Virus record (IMG/VR): IMGVR_UViG_3300020045_018139
Location: 1 to 27,078 of that record
DNA length: 27,078 bases
Source: a virus
Lineage: Duplodnaviria; Caudoviricetes
Strand: one strand, 5' to 3'
A program made the translations under genes and the position numbers. Below are positions 16,888 through 26,458 of this stretch, piece after piece (positions within the stretch are counted from its first letter, which is position 1; each line of letters starts with the position of its first letter). Below the pieces are notes generated by a model. The model did not search any database, had not been told where the DNA came from, and worked only from the letters and a program-made list of their open reading frames with translations.

Positions 16888-17051
16888 TATCTTTGTAGTG
16901 TTGGATGTATCAGCTCCAACACAAGCGAGTAATGAGAACATACAATCCAAAAATATTTATCCCTAAGAGGGGAAATCAATGCACAGGTACTCTCGCGCCT
17001 TTGTATTGTGGGCTGATACCCGTCCTCTCTTAGGGATTAATCTTTTTAGTC
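16888..17051 (+). promoter_or_regulatory. Promoter plus structured 5' leader of the replication gene
   Basis: TATCTTTG 16888-16895; 8-bp hairpin 16898-16922; 15-bp stem 16959-16973/17023-17037; loop-loop complementarity. Confidence 0.65.
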
Positions 17052-18011
17052 ATGACTGGTCCAAACGGGTTCATTAAAGATTATGGGTACTTATACCAAA
17101 GCAAATGGTTTAAGATGAAAGACCCAAGTTGCCTGAAAGTTTATATGGTATTTATTCAAAACGCTAACTGGGCTCCTAGCTTTTTGAACGAAAAATACGC
17201 AAAAAAACTTATAGTAAGACGAGGCCAAGCGCTATACGGAATACCATTTCTGTGTAAAGAAACCGGGCTTACTGAGTGGGAGGTCAGGCTTGCAATAAAG
17301 TCACTAAAACAAGATCTTGAGATAACTACGACCCCTTACAATAAGTTTAGCATAGTCACTTTGCTAAAATATGAGGAGATAGTTGGAGGTAAAACGGAGC
17401 AGGAAAATACCGACGAGTTGGTTGAAACGAAATCGAAAATGTTACGTAACTCACTGATAATGGAAAAAACTCTCAGGCACCAAAATGACAAAAAAGACGA
17501 TTTTCTCTCAGGCACCGCAACCATTGATAATACTGGTGTTTCAGGGCATTTAGACCATATTTCTCTCAGGCACCAAAACGAGCCAAAAAACGATTTTCTC
17601 TCGACATCAAAGACATGTTTAACCGAAGGTAGTATTCCATCAACTGTAGATGTTTCTAACATTGATGGCTCTAACATTAAAGTTTCTAACCAAAGTTATA
17701 ACAATACGGCAAATTTGTCCCCGGCTACAAGATCTTGTAATATTGAGCTAAATTCACCCCCACAACAAGATCTTGTTTCTGCTAAAGAACTATCGATGTC
17801 CATCGATCCAAAATACGTCCCTACCCACGAAAACATGAAACCATATCCGATCAGGTGGAGGGAAGACCAAACTATCGGCGAGTCGTCGTCGGAACCTGTT
17901 GTCATGCTGGTGGAAGATATCACCGCAGAATTTATAGGCGAGCTTGTCCACAAAGAAGTCGCATACCTGATCACCTCCGCCACGGGCAAATCGCCGCTAC
18001 GAAAAGTGTAA
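17052..18011 (+). CDS. Putative replication initiator (replisome-organizer-like N-terminal wHTH)
   Basis: GFIK..W..DP..LKVY....AN..RGQ....L..ETGLT..EVR.A..L..KFSIVTL.KY; low-complexity linker with DNA repeats. Confidence 0.7.
   Translation: MTGPNGFIKDYGYLYQSKWFKMKDPSCLKVYMVFIQNANWAPSFLNEKYAKKLIVRRGQALYGIPFLCKETGLTEWEVRLAIKSLKQDLEITTTPYNKFSIVTLLKYEEIVGGKTEQENTDELVETKSKMLRNSLIMEKTLRHQNDKKDDFLSGTATIDNTGVSGHLDHISLRHQNEPKNDFLSTSKTCLTEGSIPSTVDVSNIDGSNIKVSNQSYNNTANLSPATRSCNIELNSPPQQDLVSAKELSMSIDPKYVPTHENMKPYPIRWREDQTIGESSSEPVVMLVEDITAEFIGELVHKEVAYLITSATGKSPLRKV
17470..17608 (+). repeat. Iteron-like direct repeats inside the replication gene
   Basis: CTCTCAGGCACC at 17470, 17505 and 17563; degenerate copy at 17598. 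Confidence 0.75.
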
Positions 18012-18021
18012 TAAATCTTTG

Positions 18022-18029
18022 TATCTTTG
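18022..18029 (+). promoter_or_regulatory. -7 promoter element
   Basis: Intergenic TATCTTTG upstream of ATG 18067. Confidence 0.65.
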
Positions 18030-18066
18030 TGTCATATAAAATTTACAAACAAACAACTAACTGAAG

Positions 18067-18966
18067 ATGGCCACACAAACAATTGCGATTATATACAACA
18101 GCGGGGTGGCAAACTCCCTGTGGGCTGCTATGATCCTTAAGTTGAAATATATCGCCCAAACCGTTACCATGGTCGATGTGATCGGAAAAGCCGAAGTGGC
18201 TATGACCTCAGCCATAAACACCATTACCGCCAATACCCAGGACAAGGTTTACGTGACCACGGTCGTGGACGCATCGTATGCCGCCAAGGGGCAGTTGTCA
18301 ACCGACGTGAACATCGTCGCCCTTGAACTGAAGATCAAGGCCGCTTCCGTTGCCCCATATAACGTACCTGTCGAACTGGGCGAGTACGATTCCAATAACG
18401 CTCCTCCTATGAGGGCCTGGCTGGAATGTTACCCGACTATTTCCTGGCCGAACGTGGTTCGTTACCTGAGCGACAATTATTTCCCAAGGATGTGGACGAC
18501 CGCAGATTCTGCCGCCAGCACGTCCATTACCGATGCCGGCACGTTTACCCCGTCCCTGTTTGACGGATGGTATGTTTACATCGTCAGCGCCACTACCGGT
18601 GCAGGACAGGTTCGCAAGATCGTCAGCTCTACCGTCAATGCACTGACCGTGGCTGCATGGGATGTAACCCCTACCGGTACTATCGTGTACGGTATCTGCG
18701 AGTACGAGGCCGAAGCGCTCCGTTTCGAAACCATTAAGTGCTACACCAAAGGGTTGCTGTGGGATCTCACAAAAGCAAAGACCCGCGAGGTGTACTACAG
18801 ACTGCTTGATTACGGCACGTTTGACCCGTCGTACAATTCGATCAACACTGGCGCCCTGGTATCGCCCATAACCGACAAAGACCTGTTGGAAACTGTGTGT
18901 GCCGAAGGCCTCAAAATATATGCTACCCAGATCAGGTATGCAGAAGTAACTACCTTGAACACGTAG
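18067..18966 (+). CDS. Hypothetical, probably virion structural protein
   Basis: 299 aa, Thr/Ala-rich with a GTGAGQVR.I-type beta module; own promoter and terminator. Confidence 0.7.
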   Translation: MATQTIAIIYNSGVANSLWAAMILKLKYIAQTVTMVDVIGKAEVAMTSAINTITANTQDKVYVTTVVDASYAAKGQLSTDVNIVALELKIKAASVAPYNVPVELGEYDSNNAPPMRAWLECYPTISWPNVVRYLSDNYFPRMWTTADSAASTSITDAGTFTPSLFDGWYVYIVSATTGAGQVRKIVSSTVNALTVAAWDVTPTGTIVYGICEYEAEALRFETIKCYTKGLLWDLTKAKTREVYYRLLDYGTFDPSYNSINTGALVSPITDKDLLETVCAEGLKIYATQIRYAEVTTLNT

Positions 18967-18997
18967 GCTCCACTTTTTCTTGGTCGTGTGATTGCGG

Positions 18998-19034
18998 TCC
19001 CGCTGGCGTATGTCGGCGGGATTTTTTATCTTTG
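18998..19034 (+). terminator. Terminator overlapping the next -7 promoter
   Basis: TCCCGCTGGC-gtat-GTCGGCGGGA plus T6; TATCTTTG at 19027-19034. Confidence 0.75.
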
Positions 19035-19049
19035 CCCCAAACAGGAGCA

Positions 19050-19748
19050 ATGGAGCAATACGATTTAAGGGGGTGCATGTTCGATGTGTTCGGGCTGCCT
19101 TCCGGGGTCATAATTTTAAACAAATTCCCCAAACTGGCTATTTTCCCGGAATTCATCGCGCCGGTTAAGTCCGACCGCAATAAAATCATCAGGTACATAG
19201 TTGCGGTGTACGACAAGCGAGGTTTAAGGGTGTACGAGCAGAATGTACCCAAACGCAAGCGCATAGCCGCAGAGATCGCCGGATGGGCTCCAAATGACAA
19301 GGGCGAATTTCCGGCAGCCGTCAGGGAGATAATCGAGGGCAAGAGCAAAACGGTAAACCGGATGATCGTCCGGTATTGCAAGATGCACAAATCTCCCCGG
19401 TACTCCGCTCTGGTCGGAATGGAAGAAACGTTTTATTCTATCCTGGACAGGATGGTGGATTCCGACACGGAAACAAAGTCTACCGAGTACACCATGTTCA
19501 AGCAGCTCGAAACCGAAATCGAGGACAGGGCGATAGAATTCCTTAACGGTGACACCAACAGGGAAATCATCCAACAGGTCTACGAGGATATCGAATTGGA
19601 ACGGTTAGAACTCCGTCCTGAGGATATCGCCAAGAAAGTGAAAGCAGGCAAAAACCCTGTGGACGTAAGCCCGTACAACGGGTATTCACCCGAAAAACTA
19701 AGGCTAATCATCGCCCAGGAAGAAGAAGATAGCGAGGGAGGATACTAA
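19050..19748 (+). CDS. Hypothetical protein; candidate small terminase by position only
   Basis: Start reassigned to ATG 19050 after terminator/promoter; TAATG coupling to the large terminase. Confidence 0.65.
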   Translation: MEQYDLRGCMFDVFGLPSGVIILNKFPKLAIFPEFIAPVKSDRNKIIRYIVAVYDKRGLRVYEQNVPKRKRIAAEIAGWAPNDKGEFPAAVREIIEGKSKTVNRMIVRYCKMHKSPRYSALVGMEETFYSILDRMVDSDTETKSTEYTMFKQLETEIEDRAIEFLNGDTNREIIQQVYEDIELERLELRPEDIAKKVKAGKNPVDVSPYNGYSPEKLRLIIAQEEEDSEGGY

Positions 19749-22700
19749 TGTTACGTAGCGAGGCAATAAAAGTATACGAAGATATAGTCGATAAATCTAT
19801 CCTGATACAATACCAGGATGCGGATACCCGGTTTTGCGTAAACGACAACGACCCCGACCTGGAGAAAATAACCATATCGCTTCCCAGTACCCCCGAGTGG
19901 CATCTGATCGCCAATTTTGGCAAACACAACAGACTGCAGAAGTTCGTTAAGGAGAAGATGCCCTCCAGGCTCGTAGAGCTCCAACGTGACGTAACCAACC
20001 GGCTAAGGGATACCCGTAAGACCGGGAAGAACGAAGTGCTCACTGTGCAGCGCATTTACGACGAGATGTGGGAAGTGTTGAATAAACGCCAGCGAGAATA
20101 CGTAAACGAGATAGAATGGATCAAGCTTCAAATATTCCACTGCATGAACGGGTACTGGGTTTTCATAAACGGGAAACCTACATACCTAGATGGATGGCAT
20201 TACAGGTTCCTTAACTTTTGGGACATGACCGATGCGGAGGTGGATTACAGGGACAGGGACCGGAGATGGTTTTTGTTTGCCAGGTACATCTACACTACCC
20301 GAGAAGACGCGAACGGAGTCGATATAGGCCACAGGACTTTCTTTGGGTTTATCTATCCGAAACATCGTCGCGATGGGGCTACGCATAAAAGCTTGAACAT
20401 CGGGTATGACATCATGAGCCGTACGCTCGGGAACGTGATCGGTGGTATTCAGAGTTTTGATGACGACAATGCTTCCGAACATTACAAGAACAAAGTTATA
20501 CCGGCATTCAAGAACATGCCGTTCTTCTTAAAACCGGTGTGGAAAGGGTCTCAGGCTCCCCAATCCGAACTCCATTTCACCAGGGTGGACAACACTATTG
20601 GTGATGAGCTTGGATCTAAGATAAATTATGCTACCACAGCTCATAGGAAATTCTATGATGGAAAGAAGCTATATTACTATCAATCAGAGGAATCTGGGAA
20701 ATGTCTAGGTTTTGGAACTTTGGTTAAAATGTATGATGGATCCAATAAGCCTGTACAAGATATTGTGAGTGGGGATATGTTGGCTGGGGATGATTTAACT
20801 TCAAGAACAGTTATGTCTACCACTATAGGCAGGGGCGACATGTACAAGATAACTCCCAAAAAGGGCGTAGAGTGGACATGTAACGGAGACCATATACTTG
20901 TACTTAAAGCCTGTGCCGGTAAAGGATATGACAATGGGGATACGGTAGAGGTTAGTGTTAATGATTTTGTTTCCTGGGCTCCAAGTAAAAAGAAAAATTT
21001 TAGTCTCTATAAAGCGGGTATTGATTTTAAAGAAAATAATCACTGTTTAGATCCATACTTTTTAGGGTTATGGCTAGGAGATGGAAGCGTTAACAAGGCG
21101 TCTATATCTAAGCCTGATATAGAAATAAGAAATTATGTTGATGATTTTGCTAAAAAAAGATGGCTGTTTACCCGGTATGATGGCATGACTACGCATATAT
21201 GCGGAAGCCAGGACCGACCAGTTATGGCAACTATGTCCAATGGTGACATACGGGTCTTCCCTACCATATTATCAGCCTCGATAGAAATGGGGACTACTAA
21301 GGCGAAGATATTGTGGGCTGATAAGAAGCGGTCAAAATCAGATGGAGTTGAATATACTATTGGAGAAAAGATAGATAATAGCGTTTTTAGAGACCTAAAC
21401 AGCCTGGGAGTTATTAATAATAAACATATTCCATCCGAGTATCTGAAGGACTCTAGGGCTAACAGATTGTTCTTATTAGCGGGGTTGTTAGATTCAGATG
21501 GGTATATGAAGCCAGGAGACAGAACCATGGCTTATGAGATAACTCAAAAGAACAAACAGCTATCCGATGATATTTTTGAACTATGTAGAAGCTTAGGATT
21601 TAGCATAAGTAGTGTTAATAAAACTGCTAGAATGAAGAGGCCTGATGGGTCTGTTTATGAGTGTCTGGTTTACAGGATGTCTATTTATGGGAATAACCTA
21701 TTCGAAGTGCCTTGTATAATACCCAGAAAAAAGGCAGCATTTATTAAAAATAAGGCCGGTAAAGACCCTATAAGGTCAGGGTTTACCATAGAGCCTATAG
21801 GGGTTGGAGATTATTACGGATTCACAATTGACGGGAACAGACGATTCTTGCTTGGCGATTACACTGTTACCCATAATACGTTACTAGAAAATATACTAGA
21901 AAGATGGGATGTTGTCAAGCAAACATTGGGGCAAGGTGCTGGGTCTATTATCAATGGATTCTCAATTCACCCTACCACTGTGGCCGACATGAAGGTGGGC
22001 GGCGGTAAGAATTTCTCCGACCTTTGTGACAATTCTAAGTTTTACGACAGGAACCCGGAAACCGGTCAGACCAAATCCGGACTGGCCAGGCTGTTTATTC
22101 CTGGGTATGATGGGCTGGAGGGGTTTATTGGCCCGTTCGGGGAATCGATCATCGAGGACCCGACTCCACTGCAGGCCGAGTTCATTGGTCGTAATATGGG
22201 GGCCAAAAAGTTTATCCAAAGCCAGTTGGACGAGTACCTGAAAAAAGGCGACCCAGAATCGATGAGGTCGTACAGGGAATTCCAAAGGCTGTATCCTACC
22301 CAGTATGTAGATTGTTTCAGGGATCAGGCCGGAGATGTCGGTTTCGATATAGAAAAGCTGGATACAGCCATAGCGAGATTAGGAAGAGAGGCACTTGATG
22401 AAAGTCGCCCACCAACTGCTACAGGTAATTTACTTTATATAGTTGACGGGGAGTCGAATCCGCTGAGCGCAAAAGAATTTTTATCCCTCAATTATGACCG
22501 TTCATCCAAGAACTGCAGAGTTGAGTGGTTCCCGGATAAATCGGGCAGATGGAAGTTATCAAAAGTGTTGGGTCCGCAGGAATCAAACCTTAGGTTCAAG
22601 GCTGACGGAACGTGGTTCCCAACACATCCGTTCAGGTTTACGCTGGGAGCCGACCCATTCCAGTTCTTGAAACATGGTGACGCAGAGAAGCGCGAAGATA

Positions 22701-23266
22701 AATCCAGGTTATCCAAAGGCGGGATATCTGTTTTTTGGGAAAGGGACTTCAGTATAGATCCCCCGGCTAAGGACGTAACGTTCTGGGAGTCGTACAGGTT
22801 TATCATGACGTACGACAACAGAGCGGACGAAGATGACGAGTATGCCGAGGAGGTGTTGATGACGGCTATCTATACCGGCGCCGAGGTTTATCCGGAGCAG
22901 AACATAAAGCTTATCTGGAAGCATTTTGTCAAAAGAGGTTTTGAGGGATATTTAAAGTATCAAATAGACGAAGCTACTGGAAAGAGAAAGGATCATCCTG
23001 GTTTTTATTCACTTACCGAATCCAAACAAGATCTTTTCAATGCTATAAAGCGGTACATATATCACCACTCTACCAGGGAGCGGCATATCGATTTCCTGAA
23101 ACAGTGCCGGCAGATAAAAGGGATGGATTACATGACGGACTATGACTTGTTGGTAGCCTGTGGGGGCGCATTACTTGGCTCTCAGATCGTGAGATACGAA
23201 ACGCAAGCTGCTGATAATCAAGAAGTAGAAGACCTAATGAAGGGGATGCCTATTTACACGTACTAA
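19748..23266 (+). CDS. Large terminase subunit (crAss-like) containing an intein
   Basis: GYWVFING..TY..G.HY.FL; Walker A-like KHRRDGAT; YDGKKL...EESGK; TKSGL..LFIP; RNase H-like LGADPF; upstream of portal. Confidence 0.9.
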   Translation: MLRSEAIKVYEDIVDKSILIQYQDADTRFCVNDNDPDLEKITISLPSTPEWHLIANFGKHNRLQKFVKEKMPSRLVELQRDVTNRLRDTRKTGKNEVLTVQRIYDEMWEVLNKRQREYVNEIEWIKLQIFHCMNGYWVFINGKPTYLDGWHYRFLNFWDMTDAEVDYRDRDRRWFLFARYIYTTREDANGVDIGHRTFFGFIYPKHRRDGATHKSLNIGYDIMSRTLGNVIGGIQSFDDDNASEHYKNKVIPAFKNMPFFLKPVWKGSQAPQSELHFTRVDNTIGDELGSKINYATTAHRKFYDGKKLYYYQSEESGKCLGFGTLVKMYDGSNKPVQDIVSGDMLAGDDLTSRTVMSTTIGRGDMYKITPKKGVEWTCNGDHILVLKACAGKGYDNGDTVEVSVNDFVSWAPSKKKNFSLYKAGIDFKENNHCLDPYFLGLWLGDGSVNKASISKPDIEIRNYVDDFAKKRWLFTRYDGMTTHICGSQDRPVMATMSNGDIRVFPTILSASIEMGTTKAKILWADKKRSKSDGVEYTIGEKIDNSVFRDLNSLGVINNKHIPSEYLKDSRANRLFLLAGLLDSDGYMKPGDRTMAYEITQKNKQLSDDIFELCRSLGFSISSVNKTARMKRPDGSVYECLVYRMSIYGNNLFEVPCIIPRKKAAFIKNKAGKDPIRSGFTIEPIGVGDYYGFTIDGNRRFLLGDYTVTHNTLLENILERWDVVKQTLGQGAGSIINGFSIHPTTVADMKVGGGKNFSDLCDNSKFYDRNPETGQTKSGLARLFIPGYDGLEGFIGPFGESIIEDPTPLQAEFIGRNMGAKKFIQSQLDEYLKKGDPESMRSYREFQRLYPTQYVDCFRDQAGDVGFDIEKLDTAIARLGREALDESRPPTATGNLLYIVDGESNPLSAKEFLSLNYDRSSKNCRVEWFPDKSGRWKLSKVLGPQESNLRFKADGTWFPTHPFRFTLGADPFQFLKHGDAEKREDKSRLSKGGISVFWERDFSIDPPAKDVTFWESYRFIMTYDNRADEDDEYAEEVLMTAIYTGAEVYPEQNIKLIWKHFVKRGFEGYLKYQIDEATGKRKDHPGFYSLTESKQDLFNAIKRYIYHHSTRERHIDFLKQCRQIKGMDYMTDYDLLVACGGALLGSQIVRYETQAADNQEVEDLMKGMPIYTY
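20702..21877 (+). mobile_element. Intein (392 aa) with LAGLIDADG homing endonuclease
   Basis: K|CLGFGTLVKMYDG start; block B CNGDH; LGLWLGDG and LAGLLDSDG; ends YYGFTIDG..FLL..TVTHN|T; visibly more AT-rich than the exteins. Confidence 0.95.
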
Positions 23267-23281
23267 TCTGGTCAAAAACCA

Positions 23282-23289
23282 TATCTTTG
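23282..23289 (+). promoter_or_regulatory. -7 promoter element
   Basis: Intergenic TATCTTTG upstream of the portal ATG. Confidence 0.65.
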
Positions 23290-23311
23290 TAACATACTAA
23301 AACATGCGTCC

Positions 23312-25639
23312 ATGTACGTCGATAACAGTTATAAAACAAAAGGAACAGCATACCCATCTCATGATATAGATCCTGCATCAAAGGATGCATTTTGGCATAT
23401 GAGTTTTGCTAAAGCATTATACTCCAACTATTTAAACGATAGGTGTGGAATACGATATTCGGAAGTGTCGCAGATGTTGATAAACAGAAGCTACGCAGCT
23501 GGAAACCAGGATGTAGAGCAGTACAAAGATATCCTTATCGGCGCCAAAGACCAGCAGGATGGAAAACGAAAGGGGTGGGCCAATATAAATTTCAGCAGGA
23601 TCATTTCTGTTGCCCCAAAATTCAGAAGGATTTTGATGGGCATATTCCTGGGTCAGGATCATGAAATAGCCTGCAACGCTATCGACGAAAGCGCCGGGGC
23701 CGACAGGGAAGACATGATGTGGCGTACATGGGTCACTAAAAAAGAAAAGCAACTCTCCCAGCTAATAGATGGAATAACCGGAACGGAGACTCCTGAAAGC
23801 GAGTACGAGCCGGCCTCCGTTGAAGAGCTTGAACTTTACGACAAAATGGGCGGGTTCAAACTAAAGCTGGAAGTGGCCATGGAAGGCGCTCTCGGGTTCA
23901 TCGATTATGACTCCGATTGGCGCAACATCAAGGGGAAGATTATAGGTGACGCCATTGACCTGGGCGTAATGATAGTCAAGGATTACGTGGACGTAGCTAC
24001 CCAAAAAGTAAAAAAGAGGTACGTTGATCCAATCGACTGTATTTTTACGCTCGACCAGGATGGGGCCGTATCCAAAGCTTGCGAGTTTAGGCTGTACACC
24101 ATTGAGTCTGTCCGCGAAGAAACGGGATTGCCAGAATCGTCCATATTGAAAATGGCCGAGGACGTAAGGGGTCTGTTCGGTAACTCTAATAACGTGATAA
24201 GGGAGTTCGACGAAAAGAACGGCATGTACAAGTACAACGATTTTGTAGTCCCTGTCCTGGAGTGCGAATTTGCATCCAATGACGTAAAGTACAAAACTGA
24301 ACGGAAGACTCGTAGTGGCGAAACAGTCATGTTCGACGAGCCTTGGCGTACCACGGCTTCCGGGAAACGAATCCCGCCCAAAGTGTGGAATTCTGATACC
24401 AAAAAAACCAAGGATATACCGGTTAAAGTTTACCGTAAATGCAAGTGGGTAGTCGGTACCGAAGTATGCTGGGATTATGGACTAAGCTTCGATATCCCAA
24501 GGCCAAAGCGTGACCAGGCATTATCGTCATACCACGTACACAGGCTTGATGGTATCCCATTGATGCAGGCCGGAATACCTAATTTTGACCAAATACAATT
24601 AGCTAACCTACGTATTCAAAACGCATTAGCTCTGGCGCCAAACTCCGGTATAGCGTATGAATTCTCATCGCTGCAGGGCATGTCTATTGGTGGCAAGGGA
24701 ATGGATCCCATGGACTTGGTAAAGATGCACAGGCAGAGCGGAAGTTTTTTTTATAAAGCTACGGTCCATCGCGGGGGCATGATATCGCCGTCTGCCGGTA
24801 AGCCTATCCAGGAGCTCTCAGGAGGTATAGGTCCTATCCTGAACGAGTGTATGGCCATTATATCCATGAATCTTGAAACTATCAGGGACGTCACGGGAAT
24901 AGGCCAGGGAATGGATGCTATGACACCTGGAGCAGAAACAGCTGTGGGCGTCATGAACCAAACAGTATCGGCCACTAACAATTCTCTCAGGCCTTTGTAC
25001 GATGGGTATATATCCATAAAAGAAAGCTGCGCCAGAAGCTGCGTTTTAAGAGTTCAGACGGTAGCTAAATATGCGAAAGGATACTGGGCGTACGACAAGG
25101 TTGTGGGCAAAGTAGCATGGTCTGTGATAGAACAGAGTGCAGACTTTACGTTCAGTGAAATGGGCATAAAGATCTCCGCATTGCCAACAGCACAGGACGT
25201 GGCCGAAATGGAAGCTACGCTAAGAGGCGCATTGCAGTCTGGACAAAACGGTAAGCCGACCATAACCATGTCGGAATACTTTGCTATAAAAAGAATAATC
25301 AGGTCTGGCGGCAGTCTTAAATTCGCACAGGTCTTACTCGCGCATAGGGAAGCCAAGGGCAAAGAATACGATGCCAAGATGCAGCAGCAGAACATGGAGA
25401 TTAACGCCAAGAGCGCACAGGATCTGCAGGCCCAGAAGGATCAGGCCGTACAAGCTTCGTTGACCATGGCCAACTCCATTAAAAAGGACGAGATAACCCA
25501 TCAGGTAAACGAAGACATCCGGCTAGAGGCGGAAAAGAGCATTAATAAAATCAAAGAAGAAACGATAAAGGCCAATATGCAGCTAAAGAACGCTTTGCTC
25601 ATATTGGACGCAACACCTGTTCCAAATGCAGCTAAATAA
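23312..25639 (+). CDS. Portal protein (crAss-like)
   Basis: 775 aa directly after the terminase; YA.G.Q..EQYK, W.NI....I...PKF, YVDP, IRDVTGI, C-terminal Gln-rich coil. Confidence 0.85.
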   Translation: MYVDNSYKTKGTAYPSHDIDPASKDAFWHMSFAKALYSNYLNDRCGIRYSEVSQMLINRSYAAGNQDVEQYKDILIGAKDQQDGKRKGWANINFSRIISVAPKFRRILMGIFLGQDHEIACNAIDESAGADREDMMWRTWVTKKEKQLSQLIDGITGTETPESEYEPASVEELELYDKMGGFKLKLEVAMEGALGFIDYDSDWRNIKGKIIGDAIDLGVMIVKDYVDVATQKVKKRYVDPIDCIFTLDQDGAVSKACEFRLYTIESVREETGLPESSILKMAEDVRGLFGNSNNVIREFDEKNGMYKYNDFVVPVLECEFASNDVKYKTERKTRSGETVMFDEPWRTTASGKRIPPKVWNSDTKKTKDIPVKVYRKCKWVVGTEVCWDYGLSFDIPRPKRDQALSSYHVHRLDGIPLMQAGIPNFDQIQLANLRIQNALALAPNSGIAYEFSSLQGMSIGGKGMDPMDLVKMHRQSGSFFYKATVHRGGMISPSAGKPIQELSGGIGPILNECMAIISMNLETIRDVTGIGQGMDAMTPGAETAVGVMNQTVSATNNSLRPLYDGYISIKESCARSCVLRVQTVAKYAKGYWAYDKVVGKVAWSVIEQSADFTFSEMGIKISALPTAQDVAEMEATLRGALQSGQNGKPTITMSEYFAIKRIIRSGGSLKFAQVLLAHREAKGKEYDAKMQQQNMEINAKSAQDLQAQKDQAVQASLTMANSIKKDEITHQVNEDIRLEAEKSINKIKEETIKANMQLKNALLILDATPVPNAAK

Positions 25640-26057
25640 GATTTCGGCAATACTGAAAGATTTAGCATTGTCCAACTACGGTGGGTACTATGGAGATGCG
25701 TTGGAGTCCATGCATTATGGAAATACCGGCGATCCGGCCATTGATGTAATAGCCACAAAACACCAGGCCGAAGGGGCTTTGGCAGGTGGCCCGGCTGAAC
25801 CTGCGCCAAAATCTGTTCCTGATCCTGCGAAAATAAAGGACTGGAACGATTTTTTGGTATCGTTCGGAAATTCGGTAAAGACTGACAACATAGACCCGGC
25901 CTCCCTTGACAAAGGCCCGGATACGTACGCCAGGAACAAGTTCGCCGAGTTCTCGAAACAGGCCGGCAAGAACTATGACTATGAATCCACGGCCAAAGAG
26001 ATGCAAACGTATTTTAACGACATTTATAATTGCATTTGCGACAACGCTGTTGTATGA
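25626..26057 (+). CDS. Hypothetical protein, probably truncated or chimeric at the 3' end
   Basis: Protein-like up to ~26020, where composition shifts abruptly to AT-rich. Confidence 0.5.
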   Translation: MQLNKISAILKDLALSNYGGYYGDALESMHYGNTGDPAIDVIATKHQAEGALAGGPAEPAPKSVPDPAKIKDWNDFLVSFGNSVKTDNIDPASLDKGPDTYARNKFAEFSKQAGKNYDYESTAKEMQTYFNDIYNCICDNAVV

Positions 26058-26254
26058 TCTGGAATTTGTGAGTAGGAATATTGCACGTATAATTTTGACT
26101 ACATTGCTATTATTGTTGGAATTGACTACAGGTTTTTTTTATATAAAATCCGAAATCACGAAAATGAATACTTAGAAAAAATCTAAATTACTATTAAAAT
26201 CTAGGGTATAAATTATAATTTTCTGCAAATAGAAAGGTATAATTTATACCCTAA

Positions 26255-26458
26255 ATCCGTTTAGGGGCAATCTACTTTTACATTGTTAAAAATAATAACA
26301 ATGTAATTACTGGGTATTATAATTTTTACAGGATTAACACCAACAACATAATGCTTCACGTATTTAATAACGCTTTTGCTGCACTTGAAATGTCATCATT
26401 AACAGGCGGTGGAGGCGTTACAACAAGTATTGTTGCAGAAATAAAAGTATATTATTAA
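26255..26458 (+). pseudogene. Startless C-terminal fragment of a structural gene
   Basis: Open frame ...YYNFYRINTNNIMLHVFN...SIVAEIKVYY*, with an ending like the 10144 protein (IEVYN); in-frame stops upstream. Confidence 0.4.

Noticed and set aside
17470-17608. Mini CRISPR array
   Set aside because: Repeats are only 12 bp with uneven, mutually similar spacers, inside a coding sequence
18897-19049. N-terminal extension of the 283-aa ORF
   Set aside because: Overlaps the upstream gene, its terminator and the promoter; ATG 19050 is the better start
18298-19050. 250-aa minus-strand ORF and the other antisense or nested ORFs in the track
   Set aside because: Shadows of well-supported + strand genes; no motifs or expression signals
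1448-25639. Stop-codon reassignment as in some crAss-like phages
   Set aside because: Terminase, portal and other long genes are intact in the standard code; TAG, TGA and TAA all end tightly packed genes
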